From the NCBI GenBank assembly GCA_037310415.1, contig CP147780.1, positions 584,701 through 648,700 of the forward strand: a DNA stretch of 64,000 nt, written 5' to 3'. Of this stretch, positions 1 to 9,718 are shown piece by piece; position 1 is the first letter of the stretch; each line of letters begins with the position of its first letter. The position numbers and the translations under genes are program-made. The stretch comes from Candidatus Atabeyarchaeum deiterrae (GTDB lineage: Archaea > Asgardarchaeota > Atabeyarchaeia > Atabeyarchaeales > Atabeyarchaeaceae). The notes under the pieces were generated by a model, which did not search any database, was not told the DNA's origin, and saw nothing but the letters and a program-made list of their open reading frames with translations.

Positions 1-48
1 ACCTATCCTATATTGGAAGAGTTGTGAGAGAAAGAGGGAATTTGACCG

Positions 49-804
49 ATGGTTTACACAGGTTTGCATGGATTGATCGGTCTAGGGGTATCTTGGTGGA
101 CATCTAAGAAGAAACCTTTGAACATAAGTCCCTCAGGGATCGCGAAGCTTGCCTACGTAATTGGCTGTATGATCCCCGACTTGGATCTTCTTGGGTCAAT
201 CTTTTTCGTTGTTACTGGGCAGGGACTTGCGGCAGCGACCTCGGTTCACAGAACATACTCGCATAGCTTGATCACGATAGGCATCATAATTCTCTTGGGA
301 ATTATCATAGGGCGACTTGGCAAGGGTAAGGGTAAATACCAATCGATCCTCGTAGGACTTGGGCTCGGCATGCTTACGCACGACCTTTTCGACTTGCCTT
401 ACATGGTAGGGGTCTCTCTATTTTGGCCACTGCCAATTGGCACATATATCGCTGACCAAGGAACCTACAGAATTGGCTTGTTCTGGGATCTGCCTGGTGG
501 GCTTGCCAACTTCAACAGCGCACTTGATTTCCTCTTCGCAGGTCTGTTCTTCTATGCATTGTATGTTCTGGTGCGTCGAGTCAACAAAGAGAATAAAGGT
601 CTACTTTTGAAGATTCTTATCATACTATCGTTTGCGATCTTCATTGGGCTGGGAGCATGGGGGCTTATGGTTCCGGCAAACGCTTCTACGTTTCTATTGA
701 TCTACGCGCTTGCAGGGTTGCCTTACCTGTTGCTTATGATCTATATTCCTTACAGGTACAGGAGAGGGATATACGCGATCGGAGAAACAGGCAAGAAAAG
801 GTAG
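49..804 (+). CDS. Membrane-bound metal-dependent hydrolase-like protein (DUF457/YdjM-like)
   Basis: 251-aa ORF with about seven hydrophobic helices. HRTYSHS and THD motifs resemble the DUF457 membrane hydrolase family (recognised from memory, not searched). Confidence 0.5.
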   Translation: MVYTGLHGLIGLGVSWWTSKKKPLNISPSGIAKLAYVIGCMIPDLDLLGSIFFVVTGQGLAAATSVHRTYSHSLITIGIIILLGIIIGRLGKGKGKYQSILVGLGLGMLTHDLFDLPYMVGVSLFWPLPIGTYIADQGTYRIGLFWDLPGGLANFNSALDFLFAGLFFYALYVLVRRVNKENKGLLLKILIILSFAIFIGLGAWGLMVPANASTFLLIYALAGLPYLLLMIYIPYRYRRGIYAIGETGKKR

Positions 805-897
805 CATATCTTTTCCCACCTTTTTTTCATTAAACCGGCAAAGTGTACCGACATAATAGGCGACCCAACGCGCCGGAGATTCTGGGTTTTAGCGACT

Positions 898-1650
898 CTA
901 CGTTCCACTGGCTTTTGACAACCGCAGTTTAATGACGACTCCCCTATCCTCTATATTTCGCTTAGAGAAACCTATCTCAGACGATGAAAGAACCTCTTCA
1001 ACTTCATTGAGATACATCGAAGAATGAGCTCTCACAATGTTCAACAACAGAAAAGACATGAAGCGGCCATATCTTGCTTTCAATTGTGCGTTTACCTCTC
1101 TTGTTGTATCACGCCTGAATTCGTAGATCCACGCTTCGCCACCTTTCTTGAGGACGCGATTATCCTCTTTGAGACATTTGGTTGGTTTTAGCCAATGATG
1201 CATGCTGAGGGTGCTTATTACAAGGTCGAAGTAATCATCCTCAAAGGGGAGATTTGCGGCGTCGCCGATCCGAAATTTGACGCGTTGGGCAACTCCCATG
1301 GTCTCGGCGTTTCTGGTGGCCATCTCGATCATGGCTGGGGAAAGATCTATGCCCACAATCTCCAAGTGCTTTGATCGCTTGGCTATCTGCAGCGGAAGAT
1401 AACCAGGTCCTGTTCCCACATCCAATATTCTTCCAGAAGAGATTCTGCTTGTAACTTCATCAGCTACATTCTTGTGAAAGTCTTTTAGGAAGGGGGCTTT
1501 TCTGGCAACTAGAGCATAGAATCCGCTTGCAAAATCAGGAATACGTTCGATCTTCAGTAGTTTGCTCATACGGAGGCCACCCAAAATGCCTCTTTTATTG
1601 GGGTAAAAGCTGATCAGGTGGTTAGTAATGAAGTTGTCGGAAACCTTCAC
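898..1650 (-). CDS. Class I SAM-dependent methyltransferase
   Basis: Motif I ILDVGTGPGYL, acidic loop GIDLS, and DLVISTLSMHHW. The real start may be the internal Met at 1569. Confidence 0.8.
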   Translation of the reverse strand: MKVSDNFITNHLISFYPNKRGILGGLRMSKLLKIERIPDFASGFYALVARKAPFLKDFHKNVADEVTSRISSGRILDVGTGPGYLPLQIAKRSKHLEIVGIDLSPAMIEMATRNAETMGVAQRVKFRIGDAANLPFEDDYFDLVISTLSMHHWLKPTKCLKEDNRVLKKGGEAWIYEFRRDTTREVNAQLKARYGRFMSFLLLNIVRAHSSMYLNEVEEVLSSSEIGFSKRNIEDRGVVIKLRLSKASGT

Positions 1651-2128
1651 TCACTGCAAACAATAACCCAATGTAGAGGCATTTGATTATCGAGAATCGG
1701 TGTGGAGGCGAGTGGCTTAACAGGGTGATCTACACGGCAAATGCTCGAAATGTGGAACTGAGATCGAAGTTGAGCCACTAGGCAGTGGCCGAGTAATGGG
1801 TAAATGCAGGAACTGCGGAAGGGAGTTCGTGACGTCCATCTACTGGATGGAGAAGGGATAAGAAGAGACTTCCACGCCGCATACTGGACATATGCTTGGA
1901 TAGGTAGTTTCACTAATTCCTTCAACAGCCTTCTGGTCACACCTCTTCAATTCACTCTCAGGTGGCAATTAAAAATGCCGCAATGATCCATCGTCCGTGA
2001 ACTTGGTTTAGAACACTTCTTTCCGCAGCGTCAGCATAATAGAAGATTTAAGAGGCTTGCAGCGTTATTTCTATTGGAATGCGAAGGGGCGGAGTTCTTC
2101 CTTACCTTGAAAGAGTAGGTGGTGTGAA

Positions 2129-2518
2129 ATGTCAAAGCAGGGAAATAAGAATTGGGTATTTGAGGACAGCGAAGCCGTCATAGGCAATAACGTAGTAACC
2201 TTCAAGAGAAATGAAGATGCCATGTCGATGGTATCGTTGAGACATGTCGCAAGCGTTGATTTGAACTTCAATGTAGTCTACGTAAATATCGATCAAGGGG
2301 ACGCAAGTTCGCATGAGCCAGCTTTCTTCGAATGCAAAGCATCGACCAGAGAAGAAGCGAGATATTTCTTCGAAGCATTGAAGCAGAAAATGGATTTTGG
2401 CATACAAATGTCGAATCAGACAATGGGTTCAGGCACTCAGACAAGTTGCCCCTACTGTAAGAGCTTGATCGGTCCGAATGCCAAATTCTGTAGTTCTTGT
2501 GGTTCGAGCTTGAGTTAG
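2129..2518 (+). CDS. Small protein with C-terminal zinc ribbon
   Basis: 129-aa ORF ending in CPYC-x11-CSSC. The N-terminal half is unassigned. Confidence 0.5.
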   Translation: MSKQGNKNWVFEDSEAVIGNNVVTFKRNEDAMSMVSLRHVASVDLNFNVVYVNIDQGDASSHEPAFFECKASTREEARYFFEALKQKMDFGIQMSNQTMGSGTQTSCPYCKSLIGPNAKFCSSCGSSLS

Positions 2519-2699
2519 GCGAATGGGTCTAAGCTTGAGTATTAATTAGGCCGATATAGGTCCTCCCAATTTCATATTCAAAGTCAATCTCTTTTTGTTA
2601 ACTTTCCACTCAGCTCATTAAATAATGGCTTCATGCCCGCGCGCATGCCGCGAAAGTGATAGCCAATGGGATAGTTTGATTGTTTACTGATCTTAATTG

Positions 2700-3173
2700 T
2701 CATCGTATTGCTGACCTAAGGTGTTTTGGAAGGCGCAGTGATTGCCAATCTTGCCATCCTTGCCTTAGATTTTTTGGAAGGCGCCGTGTTTGCCAATTGA
2801 GTTCTTTGGCAATTATTGCCTCGGCATTAGCAGAATTGGTTGCTGCAACGACTTTAAGAGAATAGTAAGCAGCGCCGAAGGCGTGTTGGGGAACATGTGC
2901 AGTTGCCACCGCTTGGCCTGCTGCGTGCGCGGCAAAACAAGCCGCGTTATTTTCTTTCGCTTCGCGGGCGGCGGCGTGAGCTGCGAGCGCAGCCTTGCGT
3001 ATGTCGGCCATCTTAAACACGCCTGTGCGAACCCATGTTCGGCATGCTTCTATTGCTTTGCGGGGTCGGTCGTCCTTCGGGTATGTCTTCTCGAAAAATG
3101 GAAGTACTCGTTCGGCGCAGTCCGCGGCCCAGATTGCCAGCGATCTCTGATCTTGTTTGTTGAATTTCTTCAT
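2700..3173 (-). CDS. Conserved Ala-rich helical protein of unknown function
   Basis: 157-aa ORF with helical repeats (AIWAADCAERVLP, AAHAAAREA, AAHAAGQAVATA). Resembles a widespread uncharacterised helical family. Divergent from the peptidase gene. Confidence 0.55.
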   Translation of the reverse strand: MKKFNKQDQRSLAIWAADCAERVLPFFEKTYPKDDRPRKAIEACRTWVRTGVFKMADIRKAALAAHAAAREAKENNAACFAAHAAGQAVATAHVPQHAFGAAYYSLKVVAATNSANAEAIIAKELNWQTRRLPKNLRQGWQDWQSLRLPKHLRSAIR

Positions 3174-3196
3174 TGCTTTTATTGTAATCGTCTGAA

Positions 3197-3204
3197 TTTT
3201 ATAA
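3197..3204 (+). promoter_or_regulatory. Candidate TATA box for a leaderless M20 peptidase transcript
   Basis: TTTTATAA centred about 25 nt upstream of the ATG at 3225, in a 51-nt divergent intergenic spacer. Confidence 0.35.
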
Positions 3205-3224
3205 GCGTATCTAGAATTTACCTG

Positions 3225-4697
3225 ATGCTAAAAGTACTCTCAACAGATTCTAACCAGCGCACTAACTTTCAAATATGTGGGGTGATATACTCTAGGAAGA
3301 GTTGGGGATTATTAGGAGATGATTCTGTCTTGTCTGAGACCAAGAAGGTTCATGATCATATCGATGAACACTTCCAGGATCACTTGAAGGTTATGCAAGA
3401 GTATCTGAGGCAGCCAAGCGTCTCATCCACTGGAGAAGGTATGAAGGAAATCGTTGAGCTGACCCAGAAGTACATTGAGACAATGCTCGGGGGCTCGACG
3501 GAAGTCGTCAGCACTAAGGGATATCCTGTTGCGTATGGAGATGTCCAATCCAAGAAGAGCAAGAGAACCATGTTCATCTACGGAATGTATGACGTGCAAC
3601 CAGTCGAACCGCTTGATGAATGGGTCTCTCCCCCATTCGAAGCGAGGATAGTGGGTGAGAAGCTGATCGCAAGGGGCGCAATGAACTCGAAGGGGCCTCT
3701 TGTAGGCATGCTCTGCGCTTTGAAGTCGATCCTTGAAGTTACTGGAGACCTGCCGTTCAATCTCGTGTTCGGGGTGGAGGGTGAGGAGGAGCTGGGGAGT
3801 GTCCATTTGCCGGAGTTTGCGGAAAAGAAGTCAAGTGAACTCAAGCGTTGTGAGGCGCTACCTTGGTGGCTTCCCACTCAGGTCATGCCTGGAGCTCCCC
3901 CGGTCCTGAACCTTGGATTTAAGGGTATAGTCTACATGGAGCTTGAGTGTCAAACCAACCCATCGGACATTCACTCTGGTATGGCTAATATTATTCCTAA
4001 CCCTGTGTGGCGACTTGTTTGGGCGCTTAACTCTATGCGTGGACAGGACGAAGTACTCATCGATGGGTTCTATGATAATGTGCAGCCTCCGTCAACGGAA
4101 GACTTAGAATTGACTGATAAGAGCGCTCCGGTGGTTCTTGCAGCTACGCAAAGCATGTACAATGTCAAGAACTTCAGAAGTGATGTAAGAAACCCGAAAA
4201 CTGTGGCAAGGAACCTAATATACAAACCAAGCCCCATTAACATCGACGGCATCATAAGTGGATGGACTGGACCTGGAACAAAGACAATAACCCCGTCGAA
4301 AGTCATGGCTAAGATCGATGTTCGAATAGTGCCAAATATGACCACCCATGAGGTGGTTGATAAAATTAAATTGCATTTGAAGAAACACGGATTCGAGGAC
4401 ATTAAGGTGAATGTTCTTGGAGGCTATGAATGGGTCAAGACATCAATCAGGGATCCACTTGTTCAAGCCGCGATCAAGACGGTGGAGGAATTCGGCTACA
4501 AACCAGTGATAAACCCAATGATGCCCGCATCCGCACCATTCTACCTGTTCTGCAAGGAACCATTCAATATGAGAATGGTTAACGGAGGTCTAGGACATGG
4601 AGGACTTATACATGCACCTAATGAGTACTTGATGGTGAAGGACATTAGGAACTTTGAGAAGTCCTTCGCGTCACTTCTACTCAACTACGCCAAGTAG
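3225..4697 (+). CDS. M20 family metallopeptidase (ArgE/DapE/CPG2-like dipeptidase)
   Basis: GMYDVQP, ARGAMNSKGP and GVEGEEELGS motifs. ATG at 3225 follows the TATA-like box; an in-frame TTG at 3330 after GGAG is the alternative start. The ORF-track start at 2790 is an antisense-overlap artefact. Confidence 0.8.
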   Translation: MLKVLSTDSNQRTNFQICGVIYSRKSWGLLGDDSVLSETKKVHDHIDEHFQDHLKVMQEYLRQPSVSSTGEGMKEIVELTQKYIETMLGGSTEVVSTKGYPVAYGDVQSKKSKRTMFIYGMYDVQPVEPLDEWVSPPFEARIVGEKLIARGAMNSKGPLVGMLCALKSILEVTGDLPFNLVFGVEGEEELGSVHLPEFAEKKSSELKRCEALPWWLPTQVMPGAPPVLNLGFKGIVYMELECQTNPSDIHSGMANIIPNPVWRLVWALNSMRGQDEVLIDGFYDNVQPPSTEDLELTDKSAPVVLAATQSMYNVKNFRSDVRNPKTVARNLIYKPSPINIDGIISGWTGPGTKTITPSKVMAKIDVRIVPNMTTHEVVDKIKLHLKKHGFEDIKVNVLGGYEWVKTSIRDPLVQAAIKTVEEFGYKPVINPMMPASAPFYLFCKEPFNMRMVNGGLGHGGLIHAPNEYLMVKDIRNFEKSFASLLLNYAK

Positions 4698-4864
4698 CTT
4701 GAACTGCAAAGTTTGAGGGGGAAAGAGAAGCGAAAGTCCTTGGTCTACTGAGAGATCCGGCAAAATTCTTCGGGGCTGTAAGACGTGAGAACTGGAAGTC
4801 TGCCTTTGGATTCTTTCAAGCAATCACGATATTCATTTCTATTGAACGCTGGAGCTGATACAGA

Positions 4865-5779
4865 ATGAGACATAGAAACCTTGCCTTGATGCTGTGCGTC
4901 TTCGTGTTGGGAATTCTTATTTACGCAGGTATGGTAATTACACCTCAACAGTTTTCACAAGATAATATTACAAGTGGCAATTACAGTTATGATGACATTC
5001 GACTAAAGCCGCCAGTGATCCCACCTCAACCGATAACACAGCCAGACGATAATAGTTTACGTATCCATACTTTGTATTATGACGTGAAGCTCGTTTCAGG
5101 ATTCATTAAATCGTTTCTTGTAAATGGAACGAATATCTTGAAGAATAGTGAGATAGAGACAATATATGGTCTGTCGATGAATGAGTTTGCCTATGGAGAT
5201 CATGTTGGCAATATGCTGTATGCGCTCCAATGTAATTACAGGGCAACGTATTCAGTAGAAGCAAGGAATAATGAAACAACAGTAAAGTGTATAGTAGCAG
5301 ACAACAATTTCTATTCTGTCAGTTTCCTATTCAACAACACTTTCATATTCAGTAACAACACACCTACGGTAGAGGTGTTCACAACTAGAATCATTGATTT
5401 CTCAAGAACATCTCATCGAACTTCGGCTAATCAAATCTGTTTCATCTTTGATGCGAGTTCAGTTGATGCGTATTTTGATGACGTGAATTTCTTCTATGCT
5501 AACACAACTATCTTCACGCCAAATCTAGACTCATCTTATGCTGGGTACATGTTGTCTGGCGGAATAAACTTCACCATCTCAATCATGGAAAGTTACCCGA
5601 TGCGCCCAGGCAATTGCTCTTTCTTGGGTACGAGCTTTGGCCCTAGTTTTATGGGTTACAATGAGATTCAAGTGACTTATCACGGATTGAGCGACAGTAC
5701 GACACCTGTAAGAATTGGAGACATACTAACAGAATCTTTGCATTACACGATCCTTTTCGAGAATGAAACAATTGGATAA
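4865..5779 (+). CDS. Signal-anchored extracellular protein, probably N-glycosylated, unknown function
   Basis: N-terminal hydrophobic anchor LALMLCVFVLGILIYAGMVI, then about 280 aa with at least ten N-x-S/T sequons. No recognisable domain. Confidence 0.55.
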   Translation: MRHRNLALMLCVFVLGILIYAGMVITPQQFSQDNITSGNYSYDDIRLKPPVIPPQPITQPDDNSLRIHTLYYDVKLVSGFIKSFLVNGTNILKNSEIETIYGLSMNEFAYGDHVGNMLYALQCNYRATYSVEARNNETTVKCIVADNNFYSVSFLFNNTFIFSNNTPTVEVFTTRIIDFSRTSHRTSANQICFIFDASSVDAYFDDVNFFYANTTIFTPNLDSSYAGYMLSGGINFTISIMESYPMRPGNCSFLGTSFGPSFMGYNEIQVTYHGLSDSTTPVRIGDILTESLHYTILFENETIG

Positions 5780-5888
5780 ATAATCAGAGGTTGAGCAGGA
5801 CCTTCAATGGTCTTTGGATCACACTACTCCATCTCACCATCAGGAAATATCGAAAACAGCTCCACAGGGGCTTTCTCATCAATTTGCT

Positions 5889-6860
5889 TTATTTATGCCT
5901 TCTAAAGAAGACACCCAGGTTCCGAGGGAGAATGCCGAGATCGTCTAGAATGTCAAGATGCATCAGTTTTCTAAGTGTTTCTTCAGGTAGCTTATCACGC
6001 GATGCGCCATCCAGTAGTAAGTGTGTTTCTTCTTCAGAGAATTCCTCTTCTTCTCCAATCCATTCCATGAATTGCTTGTCTAATGGGCAAGCTCGTTGGC
6101 AGCGCATGCATCCTTCGAGGCAGTTATGCCAGGAAGCATCCATCCAGCTTGGGAAGGGGACATCACCTTTCTTTTCGTTATGATAGGTAATACATCGCTC
6201 AGCCCGCAGGAGGAAGCGATCCGAAGGAATAGCTCCGGTTGGGCAAGCTCGACGACACAGTTCGCATTTCTCGCAGTTGGGCAGCATTGTTGCTTCCTGC
6301 CAACTGTCTTCTTGGCAAGGCATGTCGGAGTAAACGGCTACAAGTTGGAGAAAACTTCCCATGCCAGAGACATAGCAGAGGTTGTTCCTGCCGTATTGCC
6401 CTAGACCACTTCGCACTGCCAATAGTTTTAGAGGCAATTCGGTTCCCGTTGACCTGTAGCCTTTTTCGCCGAGTATTTTTGCGAGAAGTTTCTGGATTTT
6501 TTCTGTTACGTCTTTGTATGCCGTGTAAGTAGGAGGAATGATGAGGGGACGGCGTTGTCCCTTCCAAGTGAAAATCGCTCGAGTCTGGGGTCTGGGAACA
6601 GCGACTACAATCATTGACTCTGCTTTTGGCAGGGTTTCTGGGATCTGGAAGCGAAGCCAAGCAAGCCGATCTTGGTAAAACTGATTGTCTAATAGTCCTT
6701 GATGATATTGCCCTTGTATATGTTCCTGCAGCAATTGCAGATGATGGATGGAAATCGCCCTTACCTGATAACCAAGATCTTTTAATCGATTAGGCAGTTC
6801 ATTGGCAAGCCTATTCATGAAAGAAGACAACATGTAAGCCACATATAAGCGCGACCGCAC
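5889..6860 (-). CDS. QueG-like / reductive-dehalogenase-like 4Fe-4S protein
   Basis: GLGQYGRNN...GS core followed by CEKCELCRRACPTGAI and CMRCQRACP clusters, the layout of epoxyqueuosine reductase-type enzymes. Start uncertain (GTG 6860, ATG 6833 or 6818). Confidence 0.6.
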   Translation of the reverse strand: MRSRLYVAYMLSSFMNRLANELPNRLKDLGYQVRAISIHHLQLLQEHIQGQYHQGLLDNQFYQDRLAWLRFQIPETLPKAESMIVVAVPRPQTRAIFTWKGQRRPLIIPPTYTAYKDVTEKIQKLLAKILGEKGYRSTGTELPLKLLAVRSGLGQYGRNNLCYVSGMGSFLQLVAVYSDMPCQEDSWQEATMLPNCEKCELCRRACPTGAIPSDRFLLRAERCITYHNEKKGDVPFPSWMDASWHNCLEGCMRCQRACPLDKQFMEWIGEEEEFSEEETHLLLDGASRDKLPEETLRKLMHLDILDDLGILPRNLGVFFRRHK

Positions 6861-6981
6861 TCATGTGAGACAAGATTTTCCAAGCTTGTCGGAGAACACT
6901 GATATTTCTGATATCCATGTCTAGCTGCCCGAATTTGTGGACTGATTAGATTTATAAGGCAATGTTATACTTTATGTATCG

Positions 6982-7830
6982 TTGGTAAGCATGACAGATG
7001 CTAAGGATACAGAGAATGTAAGAACTGGACTGAGCAGAAATGAGAGTCTACTACTGTCTTCTCTATCCGAAAGTGGCAAGACTATCTTCAGGATAGGTGA
7101 CATTGCAGTTGAACTAAAGTGTTCTTATGAGTATGCGAAAGTTCTTGCCCACAACCTGGTGAAAAAGAAGTGGATAATTGCTCTAACAAGAGGAGTCTAC
7201 CTCATAGTTCCATTAAGTGCAGGAGTAAAGTCACATTATACTGAGCACGAGTTTGTGATAGCTTCGTACCTTGCTTCGCCTTATTATATAGCATATTGGA
7301 GTGCTCTGAACTTCCATGGGTTTACCGAGCAGACACCTCTCACAGTCTTTGTCGCAATCACAAAAAGAGCAAAGAGTAGAGAGATTCTGAATGTCAAGTA
7401 CAACTTCGTGACATTAAGCGAAAGAAAATTCTTCGGCTTTGTACCAACGAAAATCGGCACATATGAAATCAATATCTCAGATCGTGAGAAGACATTAGTG
7501 GATGCTTTAGATCATTCTGAGTACTGCGGAGGCATACTTGAAACAGCAAGGTCTCTGTTGAATGCTAGGGAAAGGGTATCGATGGAGAAGATTGTCAAGT
7601 ATGCAGAAAGAGTGGGGAATACTGCAATAATCAAGAGGCTTGGATACCTAATAGAGAGTTTGAATCTAAATGTAGATTCAAAGATTCTCTTTGAAATGAG
7701 AGGATTGATTTCACCAGGAATGTCACATCTTGACTCTACATCTCCCAAAAAAGGTAGGTACAACACGAGATGGAACCTTTTGGTGAACGTCTCCAAGGAG
7801 ACTCTTGAAGAGTTGAGGCGAAGCTTTTGA
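6982..7830 (+). CDS. abiEi: Type IV toxin-antitoxin system antitoxin, AbiEi family
   Basis: N-terminal wHTH (IFRIGDIAVELKCSYEYAKVLAHNLVKKKWI, TRGVYLIVP) plus a C-terminal AbiEi-type domain. Its stop overlaps the next start (ATGA at 7827-7830). Confidence 0.7.
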   Translation: MVSMTDAKDTENVRTGLSRNESLLLSSLSESGKTIFRIGDIAVELKCSYEYAKVLAHNLVKKKWIIALTRGVYLIVPLSAGVKSHYTEHEFVIASYLASPYYIAYWSALNFHGFTEQTPLTVFVAITKRAKSREILNVKYNFVTLSERKFFGFVPTKIGTYEINISDREKTLVDALDHSEYCGGILETARSLLNARERVSMEKIVKYAERVGNTAIIKRLGYLIESLNLNVDSKILFEMRGLISPGMSHLDSTSPKKGRYNTRWNLLVNVSKETLEELRRSF

Positions 7831-8621
7831 TATCATCAGAGCAAATAAGGAGAATTGCGAGAGAGGAAAAACTCGCGGCTGGCGTTGTAGAGAAAGACTA
7901 CGCGCTCACATGGTTATTGAAAGGAATCTATCTGATGGGTAGCGGCTTGGATGATAAATTCGTTCTGAAGGGAGGTACTGCGATTAGAAAGGTCTATTTC
8001 CCTCAGACTTGGAGATTCTCGGAAGACCTAGACTTCACCGTTGCTGGGGCTATGAAACCTGAAGGCATAAAAGAATCTATTCAACGTGTACTCAAAACGC
8101 TTTTCCAAGAGAGCGGCATCAACTATTCGCTTGAATCGTTCCACTCGACAGAGGGATCAGTAACGGCTGAAGTCCAGTACGTTGGCCCATTGAATTTCAC
8201 AAATAGAATTAAGCATGACATTAGTTTGAGCGAGAAAATGGTATTGGAACCGGAACGTCGACCTGTTAGGACCATCTACTCGGATCTACATGAGTTCGAT
8301 TTGGTTGTCTACTCTTTGAATGAGATCCTCGTGGAGAAGATTAGGAGTATTATTCAAAGAGGCTACTCGCGCGACTATTATGATGTCTGGAGATTGTTGA
8401 GGGGGAATGGATTCAGGGATTCTGACATAAAAAGGCTTCTGAAAAGGAAATGCGAATTGAATGGGGTAAAGTGCGAGCCAAGTCTGCTGTTTGATGAGAA
8501 AAGACTGAGCGAGGCGCAATCATATTGGGAAAAAGGATTGCAGTACCTAACTAAGGAATTACCTCGGTTCGAGGTTGTCATTTCGGAGATGAAAGGGAAG
8601 CTGAGCTTCCTGCAAGAATAA
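7827..8621 (+). CDS. abiEii: AbiEii/AbiGii family nucleotidyltransferase toxin
   Basis: DYALTWLL, LKGGTAIRKVY and RFSEDLDF motifs. Translationally coupled to abiEi. Confidence 0.8.
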   Translation: MISSEQIRRIAREEKLAAGVVEKDYALTWLLKGIYLMGSGLDDKFVLKGGTAIRKVYFPQTWRFSEDLDFTVAGAMKPEGIKESIQRVLKTLFQESGINYSLESFHSTEGSVTAEVQYVGPLNFTNRIKHDISLSEKMVLEPERRPVRTIYSDLHEFDLVVYSLNEILVEKIRSIIQRGYSRDYYDVWRLLRGNGFRDSDIKRLLKRKCELNGVKCEPSLLFDEKRLSEAQSYWEKGLQYLTKELPRFEVVISEMKGKLSFLQE

Positions 8622-8623
8622 GG

Positions 8624-8743
8624 TTACTTGTAGCAATTAGCCTTACGCGCATCACCAATAGTCTTAGGATCGCACCTCTTCATTTCACTCTCAGGAAACA
8701 CCGAAAGAAGCTCCCAAGCCAAATCAAGAGTCTGATCAATGCT
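8624..8743 (-). pseudogene. Displaced atpB 3' end (copy B), 38 codons plus stop
   Basis: Reads [39 protein letters not shown]-stop. By hand alignment, 91 of 117 nt are identical to atpB 27600-27716, including a perfect 21-nt block at 8723-8743. Confidence 0.8.
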
Positions 8744-8868
8744 TAGAGGAGTCCGCTTGCTATTTGCGTGAAGCGCGTATCTCAACAACTTCGCAGAGAT
8801 CCAATCGATGTCAACCTTTGAATTTCAACAATTCTGAAGATCTGAGCAACGCATGCCAAAAAAAGACA

Positions 8869-9435
8869 TTAGGGCTTCTTCACTTCACGGTGTATCCACC
8901 AGACGAGCCCAATAACGATAGGAATTCCGAAAACAATTGCCGTCCAGACCAGTATCGTGATAATTGAGTCTACAACATAGTTCAGAGTCCAAGTAGCAAT
9001 GGCAACGTTCCAGTTTCCATCGATAAAGACCTTGATGCAGAACGCAATGAAGAGCAACAGCGGTATTCCACTTCCACCCCTTCTTGCACGTGAGCGTTTA
9101 CCGGAGAGGTGATATTCTCTCTTCTCCTTACTAGGCAGCCTTCTCCACCATAGCCAACCCGCCACTCCACCTACGACCGCAGGGACCCCAATAAAAAGAA
9201 GCTCCCAGAAAACCAAATACAAAATGAAAGTCACTACGTTCCCCATTGTCCAAAGACCCAAAGCCACAGGTACCAGGCCTGTCGACAGAGCACTCCCAAC
9301 GAACCATAAGAAGACATAAACTGCACCCACAAATGCTAGAATACCTGCTATCACAAATACGACAACTATGCCCCAATGTTTTCCCAGGAATTTCCTCCGA
9401 GCATCTGAACCACTTTCAGACTCAGTTCCTGACAT
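8869..9435 (-). CDS. Multi-pass membrane protein, unknown function
   Basis: 188-aa ORF with five to six hydrophobic helices separated by a basic loop (KEKREYHLSGKRSRARRGG). It is the only gene between atpB copies B and C. Confidence 0.5.
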   Translation of the reverse strand: MSGTESESGSDARRKFLGKHWGIVVVFVIAGILAFVGAVYVFLWFVGSALSTGLVPVALGLWTMGNVVTFILYLVFWELLFIGVPAVVGGVAGWLWWRRLPSKEKREYHLSGKRSRARRGGSGIPLLLFIAFCIKVFIDGNWNVAIATWTLNYVVDSIITILVWTAIVFGIPIVIGLVWWIHREVKKP

Positions 9436-9534
9436 CCTGAATCTCCTCTTCCTTCAAAACCAGAACAATTACAGTACTTGAATATGTGCCAAATATATAA
9501 GCATTGACATCGCGTGCGCCATTACGTACGAGCG

Positions 9535-9617
9535 ATTAGCTTTCCGCGCAGCCTCAATAGTCTTCGGATCACACCGCTTCATCTCACCCCCAGGAAACAC
9601 AGATAACGACTCCCAAG
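9535..9617 (-). pseudogene. atpB 3'-end relic (copy C)
   Basis: Reads [28 protein letters not shown], colinear with the atpB C-terminus. About 83 nt, same orientation as the other copies. Confidence 0.7.
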
Positions 9618-9718
9618 ATTCACATCCCAGTCGTGCGCTGGGCACGGATCACTTCTTTTGAAGCATCGACGGAATAGAAGATTTAAGAAGGACGGATGGC
9701 ACTGCTTACAGTGGCTGG

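Noticed and set aside
1647-1986. ORFs 1647-1940 (-) and 1804-1986 (+) in the gap after the methyltransferase.
   Set aside because: They overlap each other, have no motifs, and have an odd composition. I left the region unannotated.
2790-3224. N-terminal 145-aa extension of the M20 peptidase ORF.
   Set aside because: It overlaps the well-formed - strand gene 2700-3173 in antisense, is Cys/Arg-rich, and lies upstream of the TATA-like box. Peptidase homology starts only after about 3330.
6096-6660. Three overlapping ORFs within or antisense to the QueG-like gene.
   Set aside because: Only the 5889-6860 frame carries the Fe-S cluster motifs.
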